A stretch of DNA of 64,000 bases from Bacteroidota bacterium (GTDB taxonomy: Bacteria; Bacteroidota; Bacteroidia; Bacteroidales; GWA2-32-17). This document shows positions 60,901 to 64,000 of this stretch, piece by piece; the stretch's first letter is position 1, and the number at the start of each line of letters is the position of its first letter. Under the pieces are notes generated by a model that worked only from the letters and a program-made list of their open reading frames with translations, had not been told where the DNA came from and did no database searches. The DNA is taken from NCBI GenBank assembly GCA_037441645.1, contig JBBIRU010000020.1:13064-77063 (forward strand). The letters are read 5' to 3'. Position numbers and translations under genes: made by a program.

Positions 60901-62796
60901 GGAACCGGAACCTGGCTGGGTATTTCCGGGCCGGGGACATCCATGTTTGCCGGCATAAACTCTCCCACTTCGTCTGTGACTGTTTCACAATATGGTCAAT
61001 ATGCTTTTGTATGGAACGAAAATAACGGAAACGGATGTTTCAGTAACGATACTGTAACAGTAACATTTAATAATATTCCTACATCAACCTTCGACTTTAC
61101 TGAAATTTTATGTTTTGGAAATAATTCACAAATCACCTATACCGGCGATGCTCTCTCAAGTGCCACTTATCTATGGAACTTTGGAACAGCAACCGTAATT
61201 TCCGGAAGCGGACAGGGTCCTTATGTTATTAATTATCCGTCAACCGGATCTTTCCCGGTAACCCTGCAGGTAACACAAAACAATTGTGTTTCCATCACTA
61301 CAACGGAGAACCCTACCAGTCCGGCAGTTCTGACGTTGAGCCTTACCAAAACAGATGTATCCTGCTTCGGAGCCAATAACGGAAACATTGTTTCATCTGT
61401 TGGCGGCGGAATTTTACCTTATAATTATTTATGGTCTGATGGATCCATTTTCTCCATGATCCCTTCAGCGTCAGCAGGCACATATGTTCTCACCGTTACG
61501 GATGAAAATGGCTGTCAGATATCTGACACAACTATATTATATGAACCACCTCAATTAGCGATTGACGTACCCGATTATATCCCCATTTGTAATGATTCGG
61601 TAATTACCATTGATGCATCGGCAACCGGCGGAACATTTCCATATACTTATTCATGGAACAGCGGATATTTTACACCTTCTATAACCGTATCTCCCGACAC
61701 CACCACCCACTATATTGTTACTGCAACAGATGCTTTTGGTTGTACAAGTGTAAGCAATATTGAAGTTTATGTTTATCCTCCCATAACTTTTTCTGCGTTT
61801 TCTGATGTTGACAGTCTCTGCCTGGGCGAAAAAATGATTATCTCTACCGTTGTTTCCGGCGGAGACGGAGGCCCCTATTTATATACTATCAATGGATCAG
61901 CAGGATCTGCTCCTTTCATTCTTTACCCTAACACAAGTCAATCATATCAGATTATTGTTAAAGATGGTTGCCAGTACTCCGCAATGGATACTGTTCCTAT
62001 AGTTGTTTATCCCAATCCTCCTATAAATTTCAGTTCCGATATTACATCGGGCTGTATTCCATTAACCATACAATTTAATGAAAGCAGCCCAAATGAAGGT
62101 CAAACTTATTTGTGGGAGTTCGGCGATAATGAAGCCGCATTTGTTAAAAATCCCTCACATACTTTCAAGCAACCGGGAACATTTAGTGTGAATCTTACAG
62201 TAACAAATATCTATGGTTGCAAAGTGAGTAACCTCTTTTCCGATTTTATTACTGCCTACCCCTTACCACATGCCCAGTTTGAAGCAAATCCGCCCATTGC
62301 CGAAATAATCAAACCTATTATTTCATTTACTAATTTCTCGTCATTAACAGATAGTGTTATGTGGTATTTTGGCGATGGCGACTCGTCCAATGTTTATAAT
62401 CCAACTCATCAATATCAGGCTTATCCATCAGGTATATATGACGTTACATTAGTTGTTATTTCTCCGTTGGGATGTCGTGATACTGTACGGGGACAAGTTG
62501 AGGTAAAAGATGTTTTCACATTCTATGCTCCAACTGCATTTTCTCCCGATAATGATGGGAAAAATGAAGTCTTCATAGTTTCCGGAAGCGGTATTAAAGA
62601 AGACACTTTCCATATGCTCGTTTACGATCGCTGGGGTGAGGTTATTTTTGAAACCACGGATATAAATCAGGGATGGGACGGCAGAGTAAAGGGGGGTAAT
62701 AAGGCTACCGTTGGAACTTATACATGGCTGGCTACATTCAGGGACTTTAAGAAAGTTCTTCACGAAAAATCGGGTTCGGTTACCATCCTGAGATAA
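57937..62796 (+). CDS. T9SS type B (gliding-motility-associated CTD) adhesin with PKD/SprB-like and tandem Ig-like repeats
   Basis: FYAPTAFSPDNDGKNEVF...VYDRWG...WDG...GTY...GSVTILR CTD; WEFGD and WYFGDG PKD motifs. Confidence 0.92.
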   Translation: MKNHLLKYILLPGLIIFSLIPFNSLAQCNINIDTAYYNGVGFAGPDTIKICEGDGVSFISNGGCPTYMMNNDFNSGSIGTGWQSNASPMLNNPCGAGIDGSTYCWIGPASSFPRELVTIGYNVTTSCQICFDMMYASQANSTPCEGPDEPTEGVHLQYSTVGATGPWLDINYWDPLGGYDPTLTSWNNYCENVPVNGMVWFRWYQTNTSGNDFDHWGLDNVQIFCPPPSQTVTWSDGTSTISTNFNTPVQYPTTNTNYTVTVSDGTLSATDQVYVDVHPTPTLTISGLNPTYCVNAAPVVLTGSPVPGVFSGPGITGTTFTPATAGVGTHTITYHNYYITSNTTTGPQTVWSDDFSIDKGWTGYGAGGWTRGSAIASSGCSGNQDPSTDHTPSADNFIIGNYLGSCYPNSMAATYWLTSPVINCANMNTCQIEFWSFSGCESPSWDHMYIDVSSNNGASWTNVYSNAASVSESAWTLRNYTTPQANNCATFKVRIGMGVTDGSVTYSGWNIDDFTVKCTGTLTVVDTLCDFTIDQNVTVFNQPSSAFSIIDSICLNSTSTFTYQGTSPATAAYNWNFDGGNIISGSGQGPYVVEYTTAGTHNISLSVTDGGCTSSPTVIPLTVLPMGDPNCCILPSTNAGPDGTTCLLTYNMQAIPSLGTGTWTQFAGPGTSIFSNANSPTSTVTVSVAGTYTFQWLENNGAGCTGSDQVDVTFIAQPVANAGPDDQACSLTYTMAAAPSVGTGTWTMVSGPGTATFTNNSSATSSVSVSLQGTYVFSWTEDNNGCLNTDNVTVNFAVQPVAQAGADNSVCLLSYQLQAIPSVGTGTWTSTGPGTATFVNANNPTTNVTVTTGGIYTFTWTENNGLGCISSDGVNITFTQQPVANAGPDISVCQLGTTLQGVASVGTGTWTQVTGPGTISFTDANSAATAITGSVQGTYTLQWAENNGNGCTSNDQMTVVLTQQPVANAGTDGAICSLTYTMTATPSAGTGTWLGISGPGTSMFAGINSPTSSVTVSQYGQYAFVWNENNGNGCFSNDTVTVTFNNIPTSTFDFTEILCFGNNSQITYTGDALSSATYLWNFGTATVISGSGQGPYVINYPSTGSFPVTLQVTQNNCVSITTTENPTSPAVLTLSLTKTDVSCFGANNGNIVSSVGGGILPYNYLWSDGSIFSMIPSASAGTYVLTVTDENGCQISDTTILYEPPQLAIDVPDYIPICNDSVITIDASATGGTFPYTYSWNSGYFTPSITVSPDTTTHYIVTATDAFGCTSVSNIEVYVYPPITFSAFSDVDSLCLGEKMIISTVVSGGDGGPYLYTINGSAGSAPFILYPNTSQSYQIIVKDGCQYSAMDTVPIVVYPNPPINFSSDITSGCIPLTIQFNESSPNEGQTYLWEFGDNEAAFVKNPSHTFKQPGTFSVNLTVTNIYGCKVSNLFSDFITAYPLPHAQFEANPPIAEIIKPIISFTNFSSLTDSVMWYFGDGDSSNVYNPTHQYQAYPSGIYDVTLVVISPLGCRDTVRGQVEVKDVFTFYAPTAFSPDNDGKNEVFIVSGSGIKEDTFHMLVYDRWGEVIFETTDINQGWDGRVKGGNKATVGTYTWLATFRDFKKVLHEKSGSVTILR
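59839..61077 (+). repeat. Five tandem 82-83-aa coding repeats in the adhesin
   Basis: P(V)ANAGPD..C...GTGTW...GPGT..F...W.ENNG.GC units starting at 59839, 60088, 60334, 60580, 60829. Confidence 0.9.
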
Positions 62797-62815
62797 TCAG
62801 ATATTACTGAAACAC

Positions 62816-62848
62816 AAAACAGCTCCAATTTCCGTGAGCTGTTTTTTA
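62816..62848 (+). terminator. Intrinsic terminator
   Basis: AAAACAGCTC...GAGCTGTTTTTT. Confidence 0.75.
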
Positions 62849-62954
62849 TATTTCATTTATTCCAGTTGGTATAAAGAATTTCCTTATTTAGCGATTATAT
62901 TTATCAGAAACAAGAAAAGATATTAGTTTTGCTAAAATTCAAAAATTGAAATTT

Positions 62955-64000
62955 ATGAAAAGAATCTATTCGATGATTTTAGTATTGGCATTCGTTGCGC
63001 CAATCGCCTTAAAAACCATAGCTGACGAGGGAATGTGGCTTCCAAACCTGATTAAAAGTCTGAATTATTCAGATATGCAAAGGCTGGGTTGCAAACTTAC
63101 ACCCGAACAGATATACGATATAAACCATGCCAGCATTAAAGATGCTATTTTCCAGCTTGGAAATATGCAGGGTGGAGAATTTCAGGGATTCTGTACCAGT
63201 GAAGTAGTAAGCGGGTCAGGATTGCTTTTTACCAATCATCATTGCGGGTACGATGCTGCCGCAAAATTATCATCTGTTGAACACGATTATCTCTCCGATG
63301 GTTACTGGGCAAAATCAAAAGATCAGGAACTTTCCGCCGAAGGTCTTTGTGTATCACACCTTATAAGAATAGAGATTGTAACGGACAGAATTTTAAAAGA
63401 TGTTACCGTAGGAATGGATGAAAGTGCAAGAAAAGATGCTGTTAAAAAAGCCATGAAAGCATTGGAAAAAGAAACCAAAGAAAGCTCGGGATACGAAGCC
63501 AGGGTTAAAGAAATGTATCTTGGAAATGAATATTATCTTTTTGTATTCGAAGTTTTTAAAGATGTAAGAATGGTTGGTTTTCCTCCTTCCTCCATCGGTA
63601 AATTCGGTGGCGATACCGACAACTGGATGTGGCCACGTCATACCGGCGATTTCAGTATTTTCCGTGTGTATGCTTCAAAAGATGGAAAGCCTGCTGCTTA
63701 TTCAAAAGATAATGTTCCTTACGTTCCAGCTTACTCACTTCCTATTTCGATAAAAGGAGTTAAACAGAATGATTTTACCATGATTATGGGTTATCCTGGT
63801 CAGACTGAACGTTACCTTACATCTTATGGAATGAAATATAAAATGACGACGTTTGATCCTATCATTACAAAACTACTGGGCAAAAAACTTGCAATAATGA
63901 AAGAAGCTATGGATAAATCCAATGAGGTCCGTATTGCATTATCCAGCGAATATGCACAAATCTCGAACGGCTATAAAAATTTCGGTGGTGAATTGTTGAA
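62955..64000 (+). CDS. S46 family dipeptidyl peptidase (DPP7/DPP11-like), runs off the right edge
   Basis: Translated by hand: MKRIYS...ADEGMWLP...FCT...TNHHCG...GKFGGDTDNWMWPRHTGDF. Confidence 0.95.
   Translation, partial: MKRIYSMILVLAFVAPIALKTIADEGMWLPNLIKSLNYSDMQRLGCKLTPEQIYDINHASIKDAIFQLGNMQGGEFQGFCTSEVVSGSGLLFTNHHCGYDAAAKLSSVEHDYLSDGYWAKSKDQELSAEGLCVSHLIRIEIVTDRILKDVTVGMDESARKDAVKKAMKALEKETKESSGYEARVKEMYLGNEYYLFVFEVFKDVRMVGFPPSSIGKFGGDTDNWMWPRHTGDFSIFRVYASKDGKPAAYSKDNVPYVPAYSLPISIKGVKQNDFTMIMGYPGQTERYLTSYGMKYKMTTFDPIITKLLGKKLAIMKEAMDKSNEVRIALSSEYAQISNGYKNFGGELL

Noticed and set aside
59839..61077. Periodic repeats as a possible CRISPR array or DGR template
   Set aside because: In-frame diverged protein repeats; no cas or reverse transcriptase gene and no repeat-spacer pattern seen in the window.
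4628..63641. Numerous 60-170-aa ORFs antisense to or nested in long genes (e.g. 4628-5131, 14103-14483, 29215-29658, 37231-37608, 63393-63641)
   Set aside because: Shadow frames of well-supported genes; 63393-63641 is antisense to the S46 peptidase.

Overview
AT-rich Bacteroidota chromosome segment, most like an environmental Bacteroidales lineage, judged from TAnnTTTG promoters, many T9SS cargo proteins, a PorV-like protein, DUF1573 and an S46 peptidase. Positions 1-4157 are the integrase end of a mobile element inserted at the 3' end of a tRNA with anticodon CAT (probably Ile2). The element carries a lipoprotein, an XRE regulator, a RepL-like wHTH protein and a dif-like site. The rest is core and envelope genes: mtnA plus a class II aldolase, ruvC, HIT, greA, ahcY, trpS, cvpA, GH3, a deoxynucleoside kinase, a T9SS cargo array, a LytS/LytTR pair, GT39, a ProX/YbaK protein, a propeller-SpoIIE sensor, a type-B T9SS adhesin and an S46 peptidase. 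The best candidates for undescribed biology are: (1) a SusD-less operon of TonB-dependent receptor, T9SS cargo and dedicated PorV paralogue, behind 21-bp-phased LytTR-like boxes; (2) an unannotated ~90-nt minus-strand sRNA whose unpaired core is antisense to AACUAUGAAAA start regions, with similarly phased boxes upstream; (3) a greA leader with a promoter-proximal terminator and a strong Shine-Dalgarno; (4) a reelin-like domain in a T9SS adhesin. All calls come from reading motifs by eye; no searches were run.
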